The notes under the pieces: model-generated | The model's database searches: none | The model's input: only the letters and a program-made list of their open reading frames with translations | What the model was told of the DNA's origin: nothing | Position numbers and translations under genes: made by a program | In this document: in pieces, positions 25,972-38,053 of the stretch | Layout of the letters: the number at the start of each line of letters is the position of its first letter | Numbering within the stretch: the first letter of the stretch is position 1 | Assembly: GCF_001194135.2 (NCBI RefSeq) | Contig: NC_068986.1 | Location: 58,950,467 to 58,990,328, forward strand | Length of the DNA stretch: 39,862 nt | From: Octopus bimaculoides | Lineage: Eukaryota | Reading direction: 5' to 3'

Positions 25972-27339
25972 NNNNNNNNNNNNNNNNNNNNNNNNNNNNN
26001 NNNNNNNNNNNNNNNNNNNNNNNNNNNNNNNNNNNNNNNNNNNNNNNNNNNNNNNNNNNNNNNNNNNNNNNNNNNNNNNNNNNNNNNNNNNNNNNNNNNN
26101 NNNNNNNNNNNNNNNNNNNNNNNNNNNNNNNNNNNNNNNNNNNNNNNNNNNNNNNNNNNNNNNNNNNNNNNNNNNNNNNNNNNNNNNNNNNNNNNNNNNN
26201 NNNNNNNNNNNNNNNNNNNNNNNNNNNNNNNNNNNNNNNNNNNNNNNNNNNNNNNNNNNNNNNNNNNNNNNNNNNNNNNNNNNNNNNNNNNNNNNNNNNN
26301 NNNNNNNNNNNNNNNNNNNNNNNNNNNNNNNNNNNNNNNNNNNNNNNNNNNNNNNNNNNNNNNNNNNNNNNNNNNGAGAAATGTGATGCTGATGAGGAAG
26401 AGAGAAAGACGGATGAAGATGATGATTGAAATTCTGCTTCTAAAATATCTTAATAGCAATCCGCTTCTGGTCAACAAAGCCATCTCTTTATATAAAAGTA
26501 ATAAGAGAAATGTGTATGCGCGCATGTACAGCTATCTTGTCTGGTATATATAGATACCTATGTACATGTGTATGTATGTATGTATGTATGTATGTATGTA
26601 TGTATGTATGTATGTATGTATATATAGAAATGTTCATGTGTGTGAGTGTGTTTTTGTGTGTATGTATGTGTATATGTTTGCTTGGCTCGCGTCTATCATT
26701 GGTATTGTATCGTGTCCATTCTTTTTTTTTTTCTTATATTCTTCTCTTTATTCATTTTAGGGCTTGTTGAAATAAGCTTATAATTCCCGCTGAGACTTGT
26801 AGACTTCGTTTCTGGCAAGTAGTCAGACTAATATCATCTTTGTTTATTTAATTGTTCGCCCGCAATTCTCCGAAGGCGCGCCAACAGCATGCAATGGCGA
26901 CAACACTCGGCGGCCATATTGTCAGTTGGTTTCTACTTGTCAAAGAGAGAGGGAGGAAAGGAAGAGTGAGAGGTGGAGAGTTATATAAAAACAAACCAAC
27001 CAAAAACAATAACAACATTAACAAGCAAACACGCACACAAAAAATGAGCTTAAACTACTCGAAGTAACTGTAGAAGTCGGCATTGAGTGAATGTTGACAA
27101 TCTTTGAAGAAAACCACTCCATCTTGCCGCAAAAGGAAAGCGAATTTGATACATTCGTCTCCGCTGAGACAATGATATGATACATTTGCGATGAGTTTGA
27201 CTAGATAGAGTTTGCAAATTCTCATCACCACAACAGCCCACAAGCCACTAAGGTTCTTTATAAAAGATGTATGAATGCAACATAAAGAAATAAGTGAATA
27301 AATAAACATATTTGACCGTCTATAAACAGAACTCGCACG

Positions 27340-27370
<31 letters not shown>

Positions 27371-28300
27371 CACAAACACACACACACACAGACTCATATT
27401 CTTTCATTCTTTGGAGTTCTGTCTCTCTTTGTCTCTTTCTTACATGTTTCTCTCTATTTATCAATGATGTATTCTATCTCCGCGTGGTCTTCTCACACTC
27501 GTACACATGCGCGCTGATAACCAGTCTCGTTTTCCAGTGCTCGAACGAAGTAAGTGCTTTAATGTCGGTTCTCTTGCGTAAACACATTCAAGTTTTGTGT
27601 TTTTATTCGCTCACATGCACACATACGCATGTGCGCGAACGTGTACACATGCACACACATATGTATACTCACAAACTAACAAACAGTTTCGTATATAGTA
27701 AACTCCGCTCGAAATACATAGCTAGAATGGGGCATACACATACTCGCTTGAAACAGGCTTTTCCCAACCACACGCGCGCGTGCGCGCATAAACACACTTT
27801 AATACATTCAAACAAATATGTCTTAACTTTACTCAGTTCATAATGTAGAGCTAATGTTCATAATATTAAAATTCAAAGTCTGGCCTTTCCGACTGTGTTC
27901 CACAATTTTGGCTAAACTGGGAAATTGTGGCAATAAAATGTTTCGATTAATGTACTCTTAATCATGCGCCTTTTTCTTTGCCTAAAATGAGTCCCACTAC
28001 ATTTTGGGGCCTAGAATCTACAAAACAAATATTTTGTCCCTTATTATACCAACACAGAAAAATAACATCCCTCCTTTGGTGGATGACAAGCATTTGGAAA
28101 ATAACGCACGCTCGTTGAAAGAAACCCAGAGACATACGAACACACACACACACACACACACGATTTACACACATAGACAAGATATCAATATCAAACACAT
28201 ATAGAAAGGGAGAGAGAAAGAGAGAGTATGTGGATGAGTGCGTATGTGTGCATGCGTGTGCATGCGTGTGTGTGCGTATGTGTGTGCGTGTGTGTATGTG

Positions 28301-28342
<42 letters not shown>

Positions 28343-28550
28343 AAAAATGCCAATTGGCATGTATATATTGAATATACAAGAGAGAGGACAAAATACAAAA
28401 AGACAGCCTTTTATTCGTTTACTGATTGGATTTTGAATGGAGACACAAATGGAGTTACACAAATGGAGAAGTATATTATGTCTCTGACCTTACTACTAGA
28501 GATAGAGGTACTTTATGCAAACCAAGAGCCTTTCTGTTTTGTTGTTGTTG

Positions 28551-28552
<2 letters not shown>

Positions 28553-28617
<65 letters not shown>

Positions 28618-28635
28618 CATTATTATTATTATTTA
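28553..28635. repeat. (TTA)n tract: 3' tail/target of R4/Dong-type element A
   Basis: Abuts the 3' UTR of element A. Confidence 0.9.
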
Positions 28636-30440
28636 TTGTCTTTGCACAGCTTCTAACATTTGAGATGTACTACGGTGCCAGCTATTCACTACCCTTTGTT
28701 TTTCGAGCACCCTCTAGAGTATTCGAGCGGTTTCAAGCAGTGCTGTTTCTTGCAAGTGCTCCACCCTTATTGCAGCCCTATTTGTTTCATGTACTGCTCA
28801 AGATTTTTACTCACTGTTCCGAGGATTCCGACACATATTGGTACTACTACCACCTTTATCATCGACCACAACTGCTTAACCTCCCATGCTAACTTGTCAT
28901 ATATATCGACTTTTCTGTCTTCCTTATGGCATACCTTGTTGTCAGCTGGGCATGCTATATTTATGATCCAGCATCGTTTACCTTCTTTCTCAATTAACAC
29001 TATGCCTAGTTTCCTACTCATTGTCAACCACTCTGGTGTTACTTGGTCGGCATTTAACAAGATGTTGAGTTGTGCAGCTCTTCGTGCATGATTGAAATGA
29101 CTAGTTCTGTCTGTTTGGGACAGACTGCTGTTTGTTTCAGTTCTTGCAACCATTGAGCATCCATCTTGTGCTTCTTGTTTTTGCTCCAGATGTCACTCCA
29201 AAACCTTTGACTTTCAATATTATCTGGTATCAACTTTTCATCTGTACGCTTTCCACTTATTTCTCTTCTGATCTACTCTGAATAACCTATTCTGGTGGCA
29301 ACCATTCATTCTTTGGTGGTACCTTACCATCTTTGCTTTCTTTGCAACGAGGCGCTGTTTCAATTCCTCCATTACCACTTTCAGGCCCTTTCTTTTAATA
29401 TCGTACTTCCTGTTCAGTGCCCTGTATTTTTGTTCGCTTTTAAGCTCCCTCTTTTCTTTTCGGTCTAACACAGAAATGTCCTTCGAGAGCATATCTAAAC
29501 CTGCCTGTATTCTTCTTTTCCACCATGGATTTTTTCTTTTGTTACTCCCATTATATTTCTTTTTCTTGACATCAACACCACATTTTCTGCTACAATAATG
29601 CTTGCTGCCTTGATCAAATTATTTGTTTCTGTGATGTTGGTTGTTCTGATGTATTTCATAATTTCATTCACATTTTTCGTTTCTTGGTTCAATTTCCACC
29701 GATCAACCGTTTTAATGTTGCAAATAATGTCGCTATTGTTCTCCTGTAGCCTTGCCTTTATTCTGTCGTAGACTGCCTTTTGCACATCTGTCATGTCACA
29801 ATTAGTTTTATTGTCTTCTTCCAAACCAACTATATGTCTCTCATAGAGCAAGCTATCACTGTTCCTTTCCTGTGATTTATTAGAGATTTCACCTCTGTTT
29901 TCTGCTATGAGATTACTTTTATCAGTGGGAACTGTATTTTCATCGTTTCCTCTCCTGCTGTTTTCCAATACCCGTCTTTTGATAGCTTTGAGTGATACTT
30001 CTGTGAACCAACGATTTTTTTCTTATTTGCTGGAGCTTGATTACATAATCTCTGTTCCGTGGGTTGAAACAATCCTCTTTCTCTCCATTGACCATACATA
30101 TGTTGTCAGTATCCCGTAAGTTGAACACCATTTTCGTCTACGGGGTTACTCAGGTAGTAACACTCCATGACCACAGCATTGATTTGTTTGTTCCATCTAC
30201 GCTGTGTATGCTGAATAACGACAGGCTGGAGTCGTGCCAGTATTTCTGAGCTTGCTGGCTGTAACACTGTCACCATCAAGGGCTTCAGTCTCATTACCAT
30301 CGTTATTCACAATATTTTATATTTTCATTGTCACTCATATGAAGTAGTGATTATCAGGTTGCGCAAATACCAGTGTTTTTATTGTGTCACCATCACTAGG
30401 TTATCAGCAATCAGAGCATAGGGAGATTCCAACCGCTTCC
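28636..30440 (-). mobile_element. R4/Dong-type REL-endonuclease retrotransposon A, internally deleted (RT core missing)
   Basis: Ordered motifs on the minus strand: RRWNKQINAVVMECYYLSNPVD; WRERGLFQPTEQRLCNQA; IRTTNITETNNLIKAAS; PWWKRRIQ; ELKQRLVAKKAKMVRY..QNRLF; ESQRFWSDIW; AAQLN..DQVTPEWLTMSR. The last motif is joined directly to KLGIVLIEK..CWIINIACP..KV..Y..LAWEVKQLW..VVVPI.VG.LGTV (REL domain), then LQETALLETARIL, a short 3' UTR and (TAA)n. Confidence 0.88.
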
Positions 30441-30643
30441 TTTCATCATCATCATTATTATTATCATCACTGATATTATTATTTTCATTTTTTTACTACT
30501 ATTTGTCATTGTTAATATTTCCTCTGATCCGACATGAGTTTTCGCTAAATTATCATTATCATTATTACTACCATTACCATTATTACCATCATTATTATTA
30601 TTTCCATTTATTATTAAAAGGTATTATTGAATGTTGTTTAGTT

Positions 30644-30647
<4 letters not shown>

Positions 30648-30723
<76 letters not shown>

Positions 30724-31359
30724 NNNNNNNNNNNNNNNNNNNNNNNNNNNNNNNNNNNNNNNNNNNNNNNNNNNNNNNNNNNNNNNNNNNNNNNNNNNNN
30801 NNNNNNNNNNNNNNNNNNNNNNNNNNNNNNNNNNNNNNNNNNNNNNNNNNNNNNNNNNNNNNNNNNNNNNNNNNNNNNNNNNNNNNNNNNNNNNNNNNNN
30901 NNNNNNNNNNNNNNNNNNNNNNNNNNNNNNNNNNNNNNNNNNNNNNNNNNNNNNNNNNNNNNNNNNNNNNNNNNNNNNNNNNNNNNNNNNNNNNNNNNNN
31001 NNNNNNNNNNNNNNNNNNNNNNNNNNNNNNNNNNNNNNNNNNNNNNNNNNNNNNNNNNNNNNNNNNNNNNNNNNNNNNNNNNNNNNNNNNNNNNNNNNNN
31101 NNNNNNNNNNNNNGTCTATCTTTCTGTCAGTTTGAATGGGGAAGTTCCAGAGGAGTACAATGTGATCATTTTCAAGTACTGGGGGTGGTTTGTGTTCCCA
31201 CCAGTTTTTATCATGGGGCAAGTCCAGGTTTTTGCATATTACCCAGTGAATATATTGTGCAGCTCTATCATGCCTGTTGAGATACTCTGTAGGCGCAAGC
31301 AGACTGCACATGGAGACAACATGATCGATGGTCTCATTTTGTTGTTGGCATATACGACA
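30648..31359 (-). mobile_element. R4/Dong-type element B, 5'-truncated at the zinc knuckle; mostly in a gap
   Basis: CRICQQQNETIDHVVSMC (C-X2-C-X8-H-X4-C), then EYLNRHDRAAQYIHW..NWWEHKP..VLEND..LLWNFPIQTDRKID, a 390-N gap and (TAA)n at 30648-30723. Confidence 0.88.
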
Positions 31360-31382
31360 TTATTATTATCATTATAATTATT

Positions 31383-32052
31383 CAGCAGTCTTATTTTTAT
31401 CACGTGCTTTCACTGCACTACCGATCGCAGCTCTGTGTGCCTTGGGTATGTGCTGTGGTTTGTTGTGATGCTCTTATTTTTATTGTATTGAAAGTGTTTT
31501 ACGTTGGATGTGTGCGGTGCCTAGTAGTGCTATTTTCTGTATGCTATATATACTTGCTAGTCCTAGTGTTTTTGTTATGTATTTGTCTGAATACGTTTTT
31601 ATCATACCTAATGCGCCTACTATGATAGGAATTGTTTGTTTTTAGACTCCACATTCGAGTTACTTCTGTTTCCAGATATTTGTATTTCTTTTAGAGAGAC
31701 ATTGTCATCAGTTGGTATTGACACATCCATTAGAAATCGTTTTTTTTTTCTTGGTGATCTCTGACAACTAAATCCGGTCACTTAGCCTTAATTTCTCTCT
31801 CTGTGNNNNNNNNNNTTTTTTCTTGGTGATCTCTGACAACTAAATCCGGTCACTTAGCCTTAATTTCTCTGTCTGTGTGTATTGGCATATCCCAGAGTGA
31901 CCTTTTCTGGTGTGTGCCTATACCATCTTTTTTCTGCTGTCATTCCATAGTGTTGGCATAGCTTCCAGTGTATATCGGTCCCAGCTCTGTCGTGTCTGTG
32001 AATATATTCCTTCTTATCCAGAACTGGGCAGCCAGAGATAATATGATTTATT
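31383..32052 (-). mobile_element. R4/Dong-type element C, 3' fragment (different subfamily from A and B)
   Basis: INHIISGCPVL..KEYIHRHDR..IHWKLCQHY..WYRHTPEKV; LWDMPIHTDREIKA.*PDLVVRD..LMDVSIPTDDNVSLKE; TIPIIVGALGMI; IQKIALLGTAHI.RK.LSI*. A 3' UTR and (TAA)-like repeats follow at 31360-31382. Confidence 0.88.
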
Positions 32053-32055
32053 GTT

Positions 32056-32259
<204 letters not shown>

Positions 32260-33008
32260 CTGCAGCCTAAGATACCATTCTACCCGTTCTTTTTAGTTAT
32301 CTAATACCTTTCTGATTATTCTGGCCTTTTGTAACAGTTCTATTTGGCACTTTTTTCCAATTTCCTTTATATTCCCTCACACACACATACACACACTTCA
32401 AAATACTCACACATCGCAAATACAAATATTTATACTTCTCAAATACACGCACACATCACAAATGCCGATACATTACAAGCACACACACTTTACAAACAGA
32501 CACATATCACAAAAACACGCATACATTACAAACGTATAGACATATCACACACACACACATTAAAACATACACAATTCACACAAACTAATATATCACACAG
32601 ACATACATATTACACTCACACACACACACTCTCTCTCTCTTTCTTGTAGACACACGCGCGCACACACGCACGCGCGCACACACACACACATAAATGTGCG
32701 CTGCCAAAGTTTATGAAGTGAAAATATGTATATTGTATCACAGATATCGGCGACAATTTTTTGAGCAGTGTGTCTCATGAAATATGACTCATTGTAAGGC
32801 AGACCGCTCTTCTAAACATATTCAAGGTAATTTTTCGTTGAAAATTCCTTCAGCCATTTCACTACAGAAGACCATACGCGTAAGCATCTGCTTGAGAAAT
32901 GAGGTAAAAGTTGATTTTTGTTTCAGGGAAAATATATATTCTATAATTAAAACATTTCAATCAACTCTTGACATAAAACTGGTTTCAAAGTTTGACACAA
33001 TGCCAGCT

Positions 33009-33171
33009 ATTTACATCGCCCCAATGCTGAACTGGTGGTTATTATATCGAGTACGAAAGAATAAAAGGCAATGTCGACCTCGGCGAAATTTCAACTCAGA
33101 AAGTAAAAACAGACGAAAAGCCACTAAGCATTTTGCCCGTCGTGCTGGCGATTCTGCCAGCTTACCGCTTT
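33009..33171 (-). mobile_element. tRNA-head SINE family 2, 5' portion
   Basis: Minus strand: aagcggtaagctggcagaatcg (A-box-like)...ctgagttgaaatttcgccgaggtcgacattgccttttattctttcg...aataaccaccagttcagcattggggcgatgtaaat (B-box-like plus central domain). Confidence 0.7.
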
Positions 33172-33992
33172 AAGGTTTGGTGTAATATCATTGACAACAG
33201 TGTGATTAACAGACGTCGCTTTCGTGATACATTACGGAAAAATAAAGAGAAAAATGAATACTTGAAAAGTCAGTGTATTAAAGATGAATGTCTGCATGAT
33301 CCGCGTACTGAAGAAAAAGATGAATATTTTCATAATCCACAAATCGAAATTTTACTAAAACTTTTTTTATTTTAATTACAAGTATAGATCTAGAAATCCT
33401 GCCACTAAATAATTTCTTTGGTCACTTTTAAGATGAAAGATAACGTTAATATAAGAATACGCCTTAAAAATGTACTAAGATTTGTTCCTAATTCATTTGA
33501 CAACACAAAACCTTTTTTTAAGGAAAAATATATTTCTTCTCCAGAGAAAGAAATTATAAAGAACATTTACCGTTTCTAAAGCAAAAGATCTTTATAAGTA
33601 TGATCCTCCTTAGTTAAAATCGCCAATGGTTTAAAATGCGCAAAACGTTACCTCTAGCGAAAGTTTTCAAAATTCAAGAAACAACGTACTTGAATCATTG
33701 ACCTGAGAAGTTGGGAGGAGCATAACGACCAAAATGCTTTTTTAAAAAAATCGACAAAATAGACAAAGAAAACCGTCCGTGTAAATCGCATACAATTATT
33801 AAAACAGTGCCCAACAAAATACAAACAAAAGACATAATGTTTAGTATTTATTTGTTATTGACGTTGATAGAAATAATTTACTCACAAATTTTTGTGAGTA
33901 AATGTACTTTTTTGCAATTTTTTGAAAATATACAAAGTTTTGCGATGTTGCAACTCATAAATTGTCTTTAGTATGAACATCTGTTAATCTTG

Positions 33993-34186
33993 GTTGATTT
34001 TTCCCAAATTTCAAATATTGTTTAAGAAGCTTTGACATGAGAATATATTTCATGAATCAGCCGATTTTACTTTTGCAATTTGAAACTGAGATAATTTAAA
34101 TGGATAGAGAGTTCTAGGTGAAAGCCAAGGACACAAATCCAGTTATCTATCCTTCAGCTCAGGGACAAATTTACCCTTCATTGCTT
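33993..34186 (-). repeat. ~194-bp ectopic copy of an internal hAT segment (paralog of 34562-34993 without the MITE)
   Basis: gttgatttttcccaaatttc...tgagaatatatttcatgaatcagccg...cccttcattgctt aligns with the interrupted copy. It sits inside the C-terminal coding region, between RMKIIK and RLTD. Confidence 0.9.
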
Positions 34187-34614
34187 CATTTCTACTTTAT
34201 TATTTTCATTCTAACAAAAATTGTTCACATTCATGCATGCTAAAACACATTGATGATATGTCTTCAAAGGAAGGCACTATTTTAGTTTTCTTCCGGAAGA
34301 ATTCCATGAAACTGCAATAAACATGCATCTTTAAATCTTTTTCCGCAGAATTCATCACTTTTAAACTTATTTCCACTTGCAGTGCTTTCCGTATTATTTT
34401 TCAAGATCGGCATTAAATGAATTTCCAAACAATTTAAAAACTGGTATTCTGGTATTCAGTTCTTTTTTCAATCATTTAAATTTAACTCCACAGCAAAACT
34501 ACTGTATCCATACTCACAGTGAGTGGCTAATATGGGGAATGGTGATCGTCAAGAGTCCTGAGTTGATTTTCTCAAATTTCAAATTTTGTTTCAAAAGCTT
34601 TGACATGAAAATAT

Positions 34615-34844
34615 CGTGTGCAGACAATTCGTCGACAGACAATTCGCCGACTGACAATTTGCCGATTGAACAGTTGGCTGATTGGACAATAAGTCGACAT
34701 GCGGAAGTATCGATCATGGAGTTCATCAAAATGGAACGAGGAGGCAGAAAGCTTCTATACAAAGAGTACGCCTGTATTATTGAAATTGTCCTGTCTGTAA
34801 GTTGTTTGTCGGCCAACTGTCTGTCGACGAATTGTCCGTCTACC
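34615..34844. mobile_element. 230-bp Mutator-like MITE with a 9-bp target-site duplication
   Basis: TGAAAATAT at 34606-34614 and 34845-34853. TIR-like ends: agacaattcgtcgacagacaattcgccgac versus reverse-complement ggacaattcgtcgacagacagttggccgac. Tandem gacaatt(c/t)g subrepeats. The internal MEFIKMERGGRKLLYKEYA resembles the start of a FLYWCH domain. Confidence 0.8.
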
Positions 34845-37800
34845 TGAAAATATATTTCATGAATCAGCCGATTTTACATTTGCAATTTTAAACTGATATA
34901 ATTCAAGTGGATAGAGAGTTTTATGAGAAATGCAAGGGCACAAATCCAGCTAGCTATCCTTCAGCTCAGACAGAAATTTGCCCTTCATTGCTTAGAAAGT
35001 GCATACCTCTTCTCGGCGGCTATAATACAGTTGAAGTATCTTCTCTTTATTTCGCCAGTGAACTGCACAGAAGTGAAGCAGATCGTTGTACTCCAATTAA
35101 AGTTCTTTCCAAGAGCACTTCAAACTGGCGATGGTTTAGTGATTGGGATTTTATAAAATTTCTGGTTGAAACAACTGCAGTATAACATTTTCCAATTTTA
35201 CAAATTTTGCACATGAACTTTCGTGATGAATTATGCAACAGATCGTTGCAAAGCCACTGTTCGCTAAATTCAAAGAAACTAAATCGTCTTTTAATATGGA
35301 TAAAAATCCGATCTTATGACCAACCATTGCTGGAGTCCCGTCTATTGTTACATTGATGAACGTTTCTGATGAACGGGAGATTCAATTTCGTTGTGGCTCT
35401 CTTCTCTTCATAAATGTTGTGGTGTGTTTCATTGTCTGAGCAGTGATTCTTCGGTGATATTAAACGATTTATCAATACCATGTATGAAAATTGCCAGTCG
35501 AACCGAATCAAATATATTTCTACTTTCGGTAATAACCAATGAAAAAGAATCAAATTCTTTCATATTTTCTAACAGCGTATTCTCGATATCTGCTGCAATT
35601 TCTTCAATTCATCTTGTTATTATCCAGCGAGACAAGCCAGCCTTCCCAAATATATCTAACTTTTTCAACCATAAAAGTTTAGTCACTGCGGAAAGACATT
35701 CACCATTGGGATAATTGTTTGAATGTTTAGCAACTTCTTCATTAACAACATAACTTGCACATACAATTTCTTCGACGTCTGTCTGCCTTTTAGAAAAAAA
35801 AACCCTATTTAGGCTACCGATCTGTTTCTTGAGGGTTTAAAATTTTGCTTTCTATCACCTTTACATTTATCATACCCGAACGCTTTGAAGCGTAATGCCG
35901 CTTAACATTAAATTCTTTTAAAGCGGAAATGGATTCATAACATATGAAAAACATTGATCTATATTTTACTTCAGCAAAGAAGCATTCATCTGTTTATTTT
36001 TCATGAAATTTTCTCATTTCTTCAGAAATCTTCCTTGTTTTGGATGAAACCATGAACTGTGATATCAGAAATTAAAATCTAAAACTTACTTATATTTGAT
36101 TTAATGTTAAATTTCTTTTTCCACTGCTTATAACGATTTATTGCAATAATTCAGTGACTGCAACTGCTCGAGCTTATTGCGTAGTGTAGCTTTGTACACT
36201 CAGACTTTGAAAGTAAAGTTTTGTCAATTCTGCTTGACAACTCTACGTGATACACTCGTGTAGTTACAGACGCTGAATTATTGCAACAAGTCGTTATAAG
36301 TAGTGAAAGCAGAAATTGGACATTAACTCAATAATTTTCACTCGTTGGCGTAGTGTCCAGGGCAGAATTGCCAATTTAAGGCTTTTGAGTGTTTGGATGG
36401 TTGCAAATTGACTCTGCGGCACTTTGAAAACTACATGGACGATCGACGATGGTAAATATTTTAATTTTTTTGAATAGTGGACCCATAACGCAGCAAGCAT
36501 AAATATTTCAGGATGCTTAGTCTGACATTTAATAGTCATTTCCCTTTGACACCATCTTCTCCAAACCTCTTTGAGTGAGAGAGAGAGTGTAAATGAACAT
36601 GTGAGAAAGAAACAAAGCGAATAAAAATTTAATAACGATTACTTTCCTCATAAAATTAGGGATACCTTTCACAAAGCCAAAGCGTCACCAGTTTGTCCAC
36701 GATTATTGTATAAGATATATTATATAAGATATATTCACAAGCATTGTTGAAATGTATTCTCTCTTAAGTCTAATTCTTTCTTTCTTGTTTGTGAATAATC
36801 CTCTAGGACCTCTTGTCTTTGAGAGTTTATTCCTGAATATCACTAATAGTTTATTCTTGAACATTCTTCATGATTTATTCCAGAGTGATGTAAGTAGAAC
36901 CTTTTTTTATTTTACAAAATAGTTAAATTATTCTCCTGCACTCTTCACTAGAATTAGAATGTAAAAGCAAGAAAGCAACTAATGCTGTTTTATTATTTCC
37001 TTTGGCATTTCTTTATTAATTAGCAAACACCTTCTCGACCTAAGGAACTCAAGAATCTTGAATGAAATGCTAATTCAAAACGCAGGATTGTCGTTTTAAC
37101 CAAGCAATCGCAGTAGCAGCACGGTTGAAAAGCCTATGAAATCTTTTTTAAATAATGCAAATGAAAGCATTAAAAACTAGCGGTACATCGGAAACACAGT
37201 GGAACATTTTAAATGGAAACGTGTCAATTCAGTTCTTGCTAAAAGAAGAGTAGAATATGTCAGCCACTTTATCGCAGCAATTAATAGAAGAATAGGAAAA
37301 CATTTTCCCCAGAATTACTTAGGTAGGTGTCGGTGGTGGTGCTGGTGAGCAAACGGCTGTAACACAGAAAGATGAAAGCTTCATCGACGTTTATTGTTCC
37401 TAGATATCTGTGTTTTATTTCGTCTTTGTTATTAAAACATTGTTTAAGTTGGGCTGGCGACTAGCTGCGATGGACGGGTTGTACGCGTTGTAAGTCTTGT
37501 GACATTATGACAAGTGCACGCCACGCTATATGTCCGAACTTGAGGATAGAAGGCGTTACAGAAATGATGAAAACGTGAAGTAACGACAAACGACCTTGCA
37601 AGTTATGTTTCCAAATTGACATCTTCACTTCCGTTGTCATACGAAGCAACCGGAAAGCGCTAGAGAGGAATGGAAGTCAGAGAAGAGGAGATGAGGGAAA
37701 ACTGGGAAGAGTAGGAAAGGGGAAGAGAGAAATAAAGATGAGGAAAATAGGGAAATATAGAAAGACGTAAAGAAATAAAAACACCAGCATTAAGAAATAC

Positions 37801-37984
37801 GGCAAACAATAGGAAGAAAAGAATAATGAGAAATCGTAATGAGGAAAGAGACAAGACTATGGAAAGAAAAGAAAAGAAAAAGAACAAAATAGAAAAGGGA
37901 AGATTATAAAAATGTAAATCTGGTTGTTCTGAAGAGGACAGGACAATAACGATGGTGAGAAAAGAATACAAATGGCAATTGTGA

Positions 37985-38053
<69 letters not shown>

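Larger units (their letters stand above)
33890..36053 (-). pseudogene. hAT-superfamily transposase pseudogene (GTF2IRD2/SPIN/Buster-like)
   Basis: ATG at 36053: MVSSKTRKISEEMRKFHEK*TDECFF..ICYESISALKEFNVKRHY; ASYVV.EEVAKH; GLSRWIITR*IEEIAADI; FSL..TES; NVTIDGTPAMVG; CCIIHHE; SLNHRQF; LAFLI..HLN.ISLKLQ; HVKAFETK; FGNSFN; HECEQF.RMKIIK; RLTDVH..DNL*VATS (hATC dimerisation end). Many stops and frameshifts; TIRs not identified. Confidence 0.9.

Noticed and set aside
27050-27241. MGCCG lipidation-like N-terminus
   Set aside because: The start codon is GTG, not ATG, and the remainder has no recognisable similarity.
30380-30445. HDV-like ribozyme at the 5' end of R4/Dong element A
   Set aside because: Expected by analogy with R2/R4 elements, but I could not assemble P1/P2/P3 pairings by eye. 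An RNArobo or Infernal search would be needed.
31739-31878. ~65-bp direct repeat flanking a 10-N gap inside element C
   Set aside because: Near-identical sequence on both sides of a nominal 10-N gap is the signature of overlapping contig ends or two haplotypes, so it is an assembly artefact.
32784-33375. ORFs of 129 aa and 80 aa
   Set aside because: They overlap the antisense strand of a SINE (33009-33171) and AT-rich flanks, with no domain similarity.
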